Origin: Ignavibacteriota bacterium
GTDB lineage: Bacteria > Bacteroidota > Ignavibacteria > Palsa-1295
DNA length: 64,000 nucleotides
Assembly: GCA_963787835.1 (NCBI GenBank)
Contig: CAWBEI010000002.1
Coordinates: 1,536,001 to 1,600,000, forward strand
Reading direction: 5' to 3'
How positions within the stretch are numbered: position 1 is the stretch's first letter; each line of letters begins with the position of its first letter. The notes below the pieces were generated by a model that was not told the DNA's origin, did no database searches, and worked only from the letters and a program-made list of their open reading frames with translations. Shown here in pieces: positions 8,423 to 17,942 of this stretch. A program made the translations under genes and the position numbers.

Positions 8423-11400
8423 ATGAACATACTTTACCGAACTATTTTTTTTACCGCGCTCGCCATACTTTCCTGGATTTTCCTGACTCCGATGGTTTTT
8501 GCTCAAAGCACCGGGCAGTCCGAAAAAGGGGAGATTCTCGATAAGCCCGTCACTGCGCCATCCGATTCCGGATTGTATAAGGGGATCAATGAGCTTCCCG
8601 AATCCGTGCGCCGTTCTGCGCCTTTTGCTCGTGCGCTCGATGAAATGGTCCGCCACGCAGGCCCCAGCGGTATGTATGATCCGGAAGCTCGCGTCCGCGC
8701 GTTCGAGCAATCGCAGCAGGATCTTATAAACTCGGCACCGGCACCAGCGGAAAAATCTCTTGCTCCGTCCGGGAATTTAGCAAATGGCCAGATGCATCCT
8801 CTTGCAAATGCCTGGACGAACATCGGCCTGATTGGTCCGCCCAACGACTACGTGTTCACCGCCGGCTGCACGACAACGATCGCGTTCGATCCCACAAACC
8901 CAAATGTTATGTATGCCGGAGGAACAAGCGGGGGAGTATGGAAGTCCACAGATGCTGGTGCGCATTGGGTTTCGCTGACCGATACCTGGATCCCCAATCA
9001 ATCCATTGCATCGATCGCGGTAGATCCTAAAAATCATAATACGCTCTATGTGGGAACCGGTAACGGGTTCGCCAGCATCGATGAACTTTCGGGAACTGGC
9101 CTGTATCGATCGACGGATGGTGGTGGTTCGTGGAAACATATCGGCTCTTCGACCATTCCCGGAACGGTCGTGAAAGTGTTGGTCGACCCCGTCAAGAGCA
9201 ATGTAGTGTTTGCCTCGATGTATAGTTCCGCATTAGGCGCTGCACATGGGTTGTATCGCTCTACGGATTCAGGTTCAACCTGGACGAAGGTCTATTCACC
9301 GACCACCAGTGCCGTTACCGAAGTGTGGGACATCGAGGCCGGAACGGTTGTCGGAGGTATTCCAGAATTGTACTTTGCGGAGGGGAACAATCCTAATAAT
9401 TCGGCAAGTGAATGTGGGTTGTACCGGTCTGGGAACGATGGCGCAACGTGGTCGAAGATCATCGGTAATCTCCCAGCCGGCGATAGCATTGGGAGATGTT
9501 CCATCTCGATTTCCACAGCCCATCCGGAGCGTGTGTTCGTGCTCATGGCAAATCCCGATGGCGACCTCATCAACGAATTGCGCTCGCTCTTTCGCTCGAC
9601 AGATAATGGATCAACGTGGGCTTCCATGCAGGTACCCTCAACTCTGTTTATCGGGCCGAACCCATCACCCCAGGGATGGTATGATTGCATGGTTGCAGTA
9701 AGTCCTAATTCCAGTTCTGCCGGGGATACTATTTTTATTGGTGGGATCGAAGCCTATTATAATTACAGCGACGGTAACGGATGGATCGATTATAGCGATA
9801 ATAATGCCAATAGCTGGTCATGGGAAGCTTCTCATGTGGATCATCATGCGATCGCGTTCAATCCTAAAAGCTCCCAGGTCGTCTATGATGGCTGCGATGG
9901 CGGGTTGTATTGGTCAGAGGAGACCGGACTCGTGGATTATCAGAACTTAACTACTTCCTGGCAATATCGATCCAATGAGATGGTCACGAATCGAATCTAT
10001 CACATGGGACTTGATCTTTTAGATTCAAAGACCACCTTCGTCGGCTTGCAGGATCAGGGAACCTGGCAATTAACCGATGGAACGAACTCTGTGCTCGTTG
10101 CGAGCGGGGATGGTATGCAGCCGCTTTCGTATTCCGGTAACTCCCAGATACCGTATTATGTCGAGTTGGCTGGCGGCGACATTTATGATAACAAGGGAAA
10201 CCCCTTGTTCCTTGAATTCACCGATAACTCCTATTGGGATACCCCATTCAAAATGGCAATTGTCCCCTATGATGGTATCCAGCCATATAATGTGCTTTAT
10301 GAAGGCCGGGAACATTTATGGCTTTCGACCGACGATGGCGCAGACTGGAGCATGAACGGCGCGACCTTCAACGATTATATTCATTCCATTGGGCTTTCGC
10401 ACAGTACTTCCAATCTCATCTATGTGGGAACCACTGGAGAGATCTCCGTTACCACCGATGGAGGTACAACGTGGTCATCGAAAACATCCGGGATGCCGGG
10501 CGCCTATGTTACTTCCATCGTGACCACGAATAAGAATACGGATTTTGCACTCGCAAGCTTTTATACCTACAGTGGTCACCGCGTCATGAAGACCACAAAT
10601 CAGGGAAGTACGTGGGTGGATGCTTCAGGCACAACAGGCAGCGCGCTTCCCGAGGTTGGAGTTAGCTGTGTTGCGCTCGATTCTGCCAGCCCACTTAGCA
10701 CCTGGTATGCTGCTACCGATAACGGCATTTATTACACCATGGATACAGGTTCGCATTGGTCGATCGCTGGTTCCGGAATCGGGCTTGCAGCGTGCAGCGA
10801 TGTGGAAGTGCAGGCGAACAAGACAACGATCCGCGTTGCAACCTTTGGCCGTGGGATTTGGGAAGGAAATACGGGAGTGCTTCCGATCGAACTGGCATCC
10901 TTCACGTATCAGAAACAGCAAAGCCCGCAGCCGATCGGCACCATTCTGAATTGGATCACCGATAGCGAATTAGGCACGGCGTACTTCGAGATCGATCGGA
11001 GCATCGGCGGGGCATCCTTCCAGCAGATCGCGCAGGTTCCCTCGAAAGCTTCGGGCGGGAATTCGAGTACACAGCTTAACTACAGCTTTTTTGATTCGAC
11101 GCATGCCGCAGGCGAATATATTTATCAGCTCAAGGAGGTCGATCTCGATGGCTCTGTTCATGCTTCTAATCTTGTGGAGCTGAATTGGGGAGCGAGCGGA
11201 CTCATCGTGTCGCAGAATTATCCGAATCCATTCCTCATCGGGAATCCATCGACCTCCGTGAGTATCGCGAATGAACTGCTTGGGAATCCGGCTCCATCGA
11301 ACACGATCTCTCCCTGGCCGGTAACGCGCTTCCATTATGAATTACCGAACGCGGATGTGGTGACCCTCAAGATCTACACCTCGACCGGCGAGCTTATCCG

Positions 11401-11563
11401 CACGATCCTCGACCAAGTGCAGCAACAGCCCGGCGACCCCGATGCCTTCTGGGATGGCCGCAAAGAGGATGGCTCCTATGCACCAAGCGGTACGTATTTC
11501 TATGTCATCCAAACCCAGAATTCCGGCACCGTCGTCAATAAGATGATCTTGCTGTCGAATTAG
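8423..11563 (+). CDS. secreted VPS10/BNR (Asp-box) beta-propeller protein with T9SS/FlgD-Ig C-terminal domain
   Basis: Signal peptide, repeated S-T-D-x-G-x-T-W Asp boxes, HVDHH, ATFGRGIW, LPIELASFT, YPNPF...FWDG...SGTYFY...KMILL tail. Confidence 0.88.
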   Translation: MNILYRTIFFTALAILSWIFLTPMVFAQSTGQSEKGEILDKPVTAPSDSGLYKGINELPESVRRSAPFARALDEMVRHAGPSGMYDPEARVRAFEQSQQDLINSAPAPAEKSLAPSGNLANGQMHPLANAWTNIGLIGPPNDYVFTAGCTTTIAFDPTNPNVMYAGGTSGGVWKSTDAGAHWVSLTDTWIPNQSIASIAVDPKNHNTLYVGTGNGFASIDELSGTGLYRSTDGGGSWKHIGSSTIPGTVVKVLVDPVKSNVVFASMYSSALGAAHGLYRSTDSGSTWTKVYSPTTSAVTEVWDIEAGTVVGGIPELYFAEGNNPNNSASECGLYRSGNDGATWSKIIGNLPAGDSIGRCSISISTAHPERVFVLMANPDGDLINELRSLFRSTDNGSTWASMQVPSTLFIGPNPSPQGWYDCMVAVSPNSSSAGDTIFIGGIEAYYNYSDGNGWIDYSDNNANSWSWEASHVDHHAIAFNPKSSQVVYDGCDGGLYWSEETGLVDYQNLTTSWQYRSNEMVTNRIYHMGLDLLDSKTTFVGLQDQGTWQLTDGTNSVLVASGDGMQPLSYSGNSQIPYYVELAGGDIYDNKGNPLFLEFTDNSYWDTPFKMAIVPYDGIQPYNVLYEGREHLWLSTDDGADWSMNGATFNDYIHSIGLSHSTSNLIYVGTTGEISVTTDGGTTWSSKTSGMPGAYVTSIVTTNKNTDFALASFYTYSGHRVMKTTNQGSTWVDASGTTGSALPEVGVSCVALDSASPLSTWYAATDNGIYYTMDTGSHWSIAGSGIGLAACSDVEVQANKTTIRVATFGRGIWEGNTGVLPIELASFTYQKQQSPQPIGTILNWITDSELGTAYFEIDRSIGGASFQQIAQVPSKASGGNSSTQLNYSFFDSTHAAGEYIYQLKEVDLDGSVHASNLVELNWGASGLIVSQNYPNPFLIGNPSTSVSIANELLGNPAPSNTISPWPVTRFHYELPNADVVTLKIYTSTGELIRTILDQVQQQPGDPDAFWDGRKEDGSYAPSGTYFYVIQTQNSGTVVNKMILLSN

Positions 11564-11566
11564 GGG

Positions 11567-11794
11567 TTATTCTTTTAAGAGAAGATCAGGTGTGATCTTT
11601 AGGGCCTTTGCAAGACGGGCGAGATTATCAATACCGATACTCACTTGCTCTGACTCAACTTTGCTAATATAAACGTGTGTCATTGAACAGCGAAATCCGA
11701 GGGCCTCTTGAGAGAGGTTGAGAGCTTTTCTATATTCGCGAATATTACGAGCAACAATTTTTCTTATTGGATTAACCACACACCAAACTACCAA
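11567..11794 (-). CDS. XRE-family helix-turn-helix regulator
   Basis: IVARNIREYRKALNLSQEAL...YISKVE...IGIDNLARLAKAL...LL; divergent from the 1479-aa gene. Confidence 0.88.
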   Translation of the reverse strand: MVVWCVVNPIRKIVARNIREYRKALNLSQEALGFRCSMTHVYISKVESEQVSIGIDNLARLAKALKITPDLLLKE

Positions 11795-11949
11795 ACATTA
11801 AGCCATAGGCTTTTCCCAAATTTGGTACAATGCCTTATTTTCATCGTATATTTGTATTAAGTGCTTTATGAAAAGCTCGGGCCGGGTACTTTTTTAGAAA
11901 AAACTGGTTTCATTGTAAGTCACGTCACCATGTAAAGGAGAATTGAGAG

Positions 11950-14900
11950 ATGAAAAAATCGATAAGTGTTAAGAGAATAGGTTTTGCCGTTTGCTTCACG
12001 TTACTCTTATGCTCAGGAGGAGTTCGCGCTCAGAGCTACGTCCCCGTTCCATATAATTTTGGTGTCGTCTTCGAAGCGACCGATGATTCAGCAGGAGTGG
12101 GTTTTAAGACAACCGACCTCTCAATGGACTGCCTTGCCGCAAATGGGTATGGTCAATGGACTGCTTCTTACAAAACACAAAATGCATTTGATTCCGGTAG
12201 CCCGGGCCTGTTCTTGCTGGCCAATGCGCTTCGCTCACCAGATTCAAATATAGTTACCGAACGTGTCTCGTCAACTGGAATTGTCTCGTTCAGACCGTTC
12301 GTCTATCCGGACAGTTCTGGGTATCCCGTTGATAGCACCACAACACACCGAAGTGTTGTGAAGTGTGTTGCCAACCTCAAAGGACGGGTTCGTTATGTGT
12401 GGCCACTTCAAAACCATACGGGGTTTTATATTGAGGGATTCAATGAATGTCCAGCGAACGACTCCGTAGGACTATCCGGGATCAACCTCGAATTTGCAAG
12501 TTATCCATATAATACGACATATGGTGCTTACCCGAGTCCACTCCTAGCAAAAGATGTAATCAAGCCAGCTACAGCCATCCCATTTAATACCATTCCAATG
12601 GCGTCTGGACATACGATTGTTACTAGCGCGCATGAGGCAGACCCCCGGGACTGGTTCGATATTGCTATCGACACAACATATCTATATGTTGTGTGGGAAG
12701 AGTATGATTCTACAGGACACTATAATATCTGGGAACTTAACGAGAACCTCTCCACCGGGCAATTTGGCCCCCCCATTGAGGTCGCGGCAGGGGCCAGGAG
12801 ACCCACGATCTCTGTTGATCTAAGGAAACATTTAACACCAGTTACACCTTGGCTCCCATGTTTTGATGTAGCCTATATTACGGGGCTTCTATCCACCGAT
12901 CATCTGACGTGGTACAACTATGATGGATTTAGAATCCCTGCTGCTGACACTATGGCGATGACAAAGAGTTCGGAAGACACAGCAGGAGGAACATGGTCAT
13001 ATAAGAAAGTCATGCACGCAAGAATGCTTGATGCAACATGGGAAAATATTTCGTCGTCCGACACGACTCCAAGAGCAATTTATGCAATCGTTACAGACTC
13101 TGTTAATAGTACCCATCTCGTTATGCATAAGATCAAGGGAGGCGCACAGGACGCAACGGCATATTATTGCGATGGTTCGAAAATTACTTATCACTCGTAT
13201 GGAGTTGATAACGGTAAGTTCCCAGTTATTGATAAGCCCATCCGAGCGTTTGTAAATCCTTATGATGGTGAAAATAACGATAACTTCGACGAGTACCATT
13301 GCATGTACCAACTGGCGAGAACATACACTGGTGGCTCACACAGGCCACTTATGATTATTCATGGGGCACTTGTGAATAATTCGCTGGGCCCCAAAAGGTG
13401 TCTCAACTTTACAAATGGGTATCTGACGCCAGGAACTGTATTTTTCCGCCCTGACACTTTTCACTCGTTCTATGCTGACCCTGGCTTGAATACGGATGGC
13501 GGCGACACGGATAATTATGTTGGTGCAGTAAACCAAATGGGAATTCACACCCACTGGCGCAACGGAACACAACACTACTATCTCAGAGACACTCGCATAT
13601 TTGATGAAAACATCGAGGAGAATACACTCGTCACAGAGGATGCTTTTGTTATCGATGGCACAACACATGGTGGGACTTATACGCCTACTATTCAACCTGG
13701 GAAGACAATGACATTGTGGTCTGACCGTATAAACGGCTATGGTGTAGATAACTTCCCAGGAAAATGTACCCTGTGGATCACATACTTTGAAGGTAACTTT
13801 GGGGCTAATGATGCCGCGACCAAACTAATCGTTGGGACTGGAACGGGCAATCCTGCCAAAATGGTAGTTGTGTGGAATGCGGACGTTCAATCGGATACAA
13901 GTTCTCAACAAGTAGTTATAAAACCGCTCTCATCACTAGATGCATACGGTAATTCGGACTTTGAAACGACCCTTAAAATGGAAGGCATTGGGGCAACGAT
14001 GACTGGGGGAACGTATAATTACCCTTCTGCTATTTCAAGTCCTGCATATCTTAACCTACATGGGCATAGCCTTTTCTTTCCAGCAAGTGTTTTAGCAGAT
14101 AGTAGTCTTATCACCACTGAATACGACCAGGACGCAACGTTGCTCGATAGTAGCTTTGATTTTTCAGGCCTATATGTGCCGTTTCCCAGCACCATTACGA
14201 ATTCAATAATTTTGAATAAAGACACAAGCGTCCCGGGGAGCAACATTGCCACGATTGAGATGTGGGAGACAGATTTATTACATGATACAATCTCGATTAT
14301 CAATTGTCTGATTCAGCAGGGTAGACTTGCAGTACCCGAACCTTTCTTCCAGCCTCTTCCGATTATAATATCCGGTGGGAAATTCGATAATACTCCAATT
14401 TGGGGATATTTCGTTCCTAATTCATTAACGATAGAAAACGTCTTGTTCAAGCTTACAAGCTATCCTCACAATACATTGGGTGCGGGTGCAGAAATTTTTC
14501 TCCAAAACGAAAATGGTTCATATCTCCCATACGAAACCTATAACACGACTACCATTTCCGGGTGTGATTTCGCAGAACTCCCAAATGGCTCTGACGGAAT
14601 TTTTGCTTACGATTACGCAACCGATTCCGACATTGTGCAACATCTCCAAATTAGCGGAAATTCCTTTAATGATGCCGCTTATTCTGGCCTTCTTCCCCAC
14701 GCCGCCATTGAGCTAAAACATTCCGAAGGGCTGATTGCCGATAATACTATTGAAGGTTATTTCCAATATGGCATTATCGTGTCCGGGAATAATTCCTATA
14801 CTACACTTCAAACAAAGTCCACTATTTGTTCGAATTCCATAGCGACTGGGACTATTGCTGGGATTGCAACAGATAACACTGAGGGCTACGCAGAACTCAA

Positions 14901-16389
14901 CGAAGTTCAAAAAATCACTGGAGCAGGGCATATCAGTGGCGTCAATGACAAAGGCCGGATTATTTACTCAAATTATTCTAATAATGAGGGATCGGGAATT
15001 GTGGCATCTGATTCATCGGGGGAAGGTGCTGCCGATCTAACTGGCATCCATTCAACCACTCCTGATTCCATCGATAATGCCGCATTCGATACGATTCAAC
15101 AAAACGGAGGTAATGCACAAATTAGCCTCGTGAAAGGAGCCAACATTCGGCTTGGAAATGACCATGAATTATGGTCATGGACCAATTGGTGTCAAAATAA
15201 CATTATCACGTCTTATTCTGACAATGGTTGTGATGGTGGTGTCAGCTATGTTCCATTTATCGTCGAGGATAGCGGCAAAACCAACAGTAAGCTTGGCAAC
15301 ATATCACACAATTTTTTTGACGATATTAATATTGGTTTTGTGTTACCTGAAAACCAGCCGACAGGAACTGGATGCAACGATACACTCAATCGTGGAACGC
15401 CTTCGAGTTGGCTATCTTCTTATTCGACTCCCATCGCTGCAACGGGGTTTTGCAATAGCGCCGATTCTAATGATACTACATGGCAATCTCGGCCTGATGG
15501 TGCAGTTGATTGCGGAGCACCATTGCCTTTATACAAGACCAAAAAGAAATCTCCAAAAACTCTATCATTTCTAAATTTAGACACCTCCACATGCCAATAT
15601 AAATTTTCGTTAGGGGATGCTGATGATCAAGCTGGCGAATACCTACAAGCTGTTAACGAATTAGAGTGGTATGTTGAAACCTGCTACGATTCCGGCGCAG
15701 CACAAGCATTTGGGGATTTACCCGGTGCTGTTGGCGCTATGGGAGGTGACACATCGAGATTTACCACCTTCCGAGAGTGGCTAAAGACAGTTCTTTGGCT
15801 TGGACCAATGTACCCAAATTATTATTGCAATTGTGCTCAAGATATGTATGAAAGCTACGAAGGAATTGATGCAGGCCGTAATTTGAATGCAGCTCTTGCA
15901 GTCATTAGATATTTGGACTCATCCGGCCGATGCAATTGGGATGCGGACGAAAATGAATATCTTGCCATGCGTCATCAGATATGGCTCGATACTGTAGGCG
16001 GATTACACAAAGGCGATACGACGGATTTTCCCGAAGACACAACGCTTCCTACTATTGATGATCTTGGCCTTCAAATCCTTCGCGGACCTCTTGCCGTAGT
16101 TCAGAATGTGTCTCCATCGCCGTCGGGAATTAGTGGTCTCACCGCAAGCGAAAATCCATTCGTCAAAGAGACGACGATCTCCTTTACCACAGGGGAATAT
16201 GCCTACATCAGTTTCCAGGTGTTCGATGTGCTCGGAAGAGTGCTGCAAGGGGACTATAAAGGCTCAGTCCAGTCTCCTGGCTCTTACTCCTTTACTGTCG
16301 ATGGCACAAACTGGCCTCCGGGGCCTTATTATGCTCGCATTACAACGCCTCTTGGTGAAACGAGGACAATAAAATTGGTGAAGGAATGA
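11950..16389 (+). CDS. very large secreted T9SS type-A cargo protein with probable right-handed beta-helix region
   Basis: AGGAG RBS, signal peptide ending VRAQ, I-x-x-N-x-I/F repeats (ISGCDF, ISGNSF, IADNTI, ICSNSI), CTD ENPF...FDVLGR...GPYYARI...TIKLVKE. Visibly more AT-rich than its neighbours. Confidence 0.82.
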   Translation: MKKSISVKRIGFAVCFTLLLCSGGVRAQSYVPVPYNFGVVFEATDDSAGVGFKTTDLSMDCLAANGYGQWTASYKTQNAFDSGSPGLFLLANALRSPDSNIVTERVSSTGIVSFRPFVYPDSSGYPVDSTTTHRSVVKCVANLKGRVRYVWPLQNHTGFYIEGFNECPANDSVGLSGINLEFASYPYNTTYGAYPSPLLAKDVIKPATAIPFNTIPMASGHTIVTSAHEADPRDWFDIAIDTTYLYVVWEEYDSTGHYNIWELNENLSTGQFGPPIEVAAGARRPTISVDLRKHLTPVTPWLPCFDVAYITGLLSTDHLTWYNYDGFRIPAADTMAMTKSSEDTAGGTWSYKKVMHARMLDATWENISSSDTTPRAIYAIVTDSVNSTHLVMHKIKGGAQDATAYYCDGSKITYHSYGVDNGKFPVIDKPIRAFVNPYDGENNDNFDEYHCMYQLARTYTGGSHRPLMIIHGALVNNSLGPKRCLNFTNGYLTPGTVFFRPDTFHSFYADPGLNTDGGDTDNYVGAVNQMGIHTHWRNGTQHYYLRDTRIFDENIEENTLVTEDAFVIDGTTHGGTYTPTIQPGKTMTLWSDRINGYGVDNFPGKCTLWITYFEGNFGANDAATKLIVGTGTGNPAKMVVVWNADVQSDTSSQQVVIKPLSSLDAYGNSDFETTLKMEGIGATMTGGTYNYPSAISSPAYLNLHGHSLFFPASVLADSSLITTEYDQDATLLDSSFDFSGLYVPFPSTITNSIILNKDTSVPGSNIATIEMWETDLLHDTISIINCLIQQGRLAVPEPFFQPLPIIISGGKFDNTPIWGYFVPNSLTIENVLFKLTSYPHNTLGAGAEIFLQNENGSYLPYETYNTTTISGCDFAELPNGSDGIFAYDYATDSDIVQHLQISGNSFNDAAYSGLLPHAAIELKHSEGLIADNTIEGYFQYGIIVSGNNSYTTLQTKSTICSNSIATGTIAGIATDNTEGYAELNEVQKITGAGHISGVNDKGRIIYSNYSNNEGSGIVASDSSGEGAADLTGIHSTTPDSIDNAAFDTIQQNGGNAQISLVKGANIRLGNDHELWSWTNWCQNNIITSYSDNGCDGGVSYVPFIVEDSGKTNSKLGNISHNFFDDINIGFVLPENQPTGTGCNDTLNRGTPSSWLSSYSTPIAATGFCNSADSNDTTWQSRPDGAVDCGAPLPLYKTKKKSPKTLSFLNLDTSTCQYKFSLGDADDQAGEYLQAVNELEWYVETCYDSGAAQAFGDLPGAVGAMGGDTSRFTTFREWLKTVLWLGPMYPNYYCNCAQDMYESYEGIDAGRNLNAALAVIRYLDSSGRCNWDADENEYLAMRHQIWLDTVGGLHKGDTTDFPEDTTLPTIDDLGLQILRGPLAVVQNVSPSPSGISGLTASENPFVKETTISFTTGEYAYISFQVFDVLGRVLQGDYKGSVQSPGSYSFTVDGTNWPPGPYYARITTPLGETRTIKLVKE

Positions 16390-16446
16390 GAAAAATTCAA
16401 ATTTCATGATGGGTGAGAAAATTGTCGTATATTAGTTCGTACTTTG

Positions 16447-16665
16447 ATGGGCACCTATATCAATTTTCAAGTAAGCATTGAGAATTAAGAGTAGGTGTGC
16501 ATCGCTCATTGGCAATTTGGGCGGCATAGCTTTCGTTATGAACGAGTTCTCTGTGAAGGGACTTTTATGAATACTCGTTGAAACAAATGGCGAAATTGGC
16601 TTAAAAACGAAGGGTGAAGATGAAATGTCGGGAACTCACAAAAAAGAAAAATAGCACCTATTTCT
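16447..16665 (+). ncRNA. candidate structured non-coding RNA, copy A (unknown family)
   Basis: Shares six blocks with copy B: ATGGGCACCTAT, GCTTTCGTTATGAACGAGT, ATGGCGAAA, AAACGAAGG, TCGGGAACTCACAA, GCACCTATTTCT. Preceded by TATATT (16428-16433). No conserved ORF. Confidence 0.6.
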
Positions 16666-16743
16666 TGAGGAAACACGATTTTGTCTAATAATCTTGTTCG
16701 AGCCTTCGGCTGGACCGCGCTCATTCGCAAAGGTTTCTCTATT

Positions 16744-17808
16744 TCAGTAACGGAGGGCAGGATTGGGGATCTGGCCATATTTAAATATGGCGAACGTTCC
16801 CGGAATGATGGTTGGCCTTGGGTTGGGTTTATCCTTCGTTTGAGCCGGGGCGGGGCCGAGATCGGCAGTGGTGAGATAGATGTCATGCGTGGTTGGGTCG
16901 AACCCGACATTGCGCGCGCCCTTCTTGGTTTCGAGCTTTTGTGCGAGCTTGTATTTGCCCTCGGTGGTCTCTCTCAGAATGGTAACATTTCCCTCACCAT
17001 TGGCGCTGAACGCAAGCTTGGTGAAGGGATCGAAATCCGCAGCATCGACGCCTTTGCCGATGGGGAAAGTCTGGGTGATCTTGCCATTGGTCGCATTCAT
17101 CACGATCATTTTCTGATTCGCGCATCCGGCGAAAAGGCGGTTCGAGCCACGATCCATCGTGAGTGCCGTCGGTCCGACGCCCGGCGCGAGCTTCCACACC
17201 GCTTCAACCGTGTTGGTGCTCGAGTTGATCTTTGCGATCTCGGACGTGCTTTCAATATTGACATAGACGTAGCCACGTTCATCGGAGATGGCGGATTCGG
17301 GGTTCCCATCAAGCGCAATAAGCGCGAGCGAGGCGCCGGTGCTGGCATCGAGTACTGAAATATTATTGCTACCGGCGTTCATCACAAACACATGATGGGA
17401 AGCATAGTCATAGATAATGGCATCCGGCTTTTCGCCGACTGCAATGCGCTGAATGGTGTCACGTTTCTGCAAACCGAACTCCAGCACCGTATTCGATTTT
17501 CCGCAGGAGATAAACCCATGCTTTTCGCGATCTGCAATGGCAATACCATGAGCACCTTCCGTATTTAAGATCGGTGCCATCACGGAATCGTGGTCGAGGT
17601 TATAGGTTTCGACTTGCGTGGCGTGCGCGATATATAGCGTTCGGTTTTCGGCATCGACTGTAAGAAAATCCCACCCGCCCTGACCGCCGATCGTTACTTG
17701 TTTTAAAAGCTGATAGCGTATCGAATTCTGTGCGGATACATGACCGCAACAGCACGTGATAAAAATTCCGAGCGATAGGAAAGAGAGCCTTGACGTGAGC
17801 TTATTCAT
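16744..17808 (-). CDS. YncE/YVTN-family beta-propeller protein
   Basis: Signal peptide, GGWDFLTVD, GAHGIA, GEKPDAI, GKGVDAADFDP, KGARNVGFDP, IIPGTF. Confidence 0.88.
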   Translation of the reverse strand: MNKLTSRLSFLSLGIFITCCCGHVSAQNSIRYQLLKQVTIGGQGGWDFLTVDAENRTLYIAHATQVETYNLDHDSVMAPILNTEGAHGIAIADREKHGFISCGKSNTVLEFGLQKRDTIQRIAVGEKPDAIIYDYASHHVFVMNAGSNNISVLDASTGASLALIALDGNPESAISDERGYVYVNIESTSEIAKINSSTNTVEAVWKLAPGVGPTALTMDRGSNRLFAGCANQKMIVMNATNGKITQTFPIGKGVDAADFDPFTKLAFSANGEGNVTILRETTEGKYKLAQKLETKKGARNVGFDPTTHDIYLTTADLGPAPAQTKDKPNPRPTIIPGTFAIFKYGQIPNPALRY

Positions 17809-17942
17809 TATATTTCCAAATTGTTTCTAAATCTGTCGAATGTCGGGTATCGAAGGCACGCAACAACACCATACGTTCAACTGTGAATCCTTCTGTCGCA
17901 TGGATCACAAAAAAATGGAGTGGCTGCTGGATGTAGTTCGAG

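Noticed and set aside
17841-17853. 13-nt ATGTCGGGTATCG identical to a variable segment of ncRNA copy B, making the yncE leader complementary to it (possible sRNA or guide target)
   Set aside because: A 13-mer match from a ~220-nt query against both strands of 64 kb is not unlikely by chance, and the equivalent segment of copy A has no comparable match. Worth retesting only if more copies show the same pattern.
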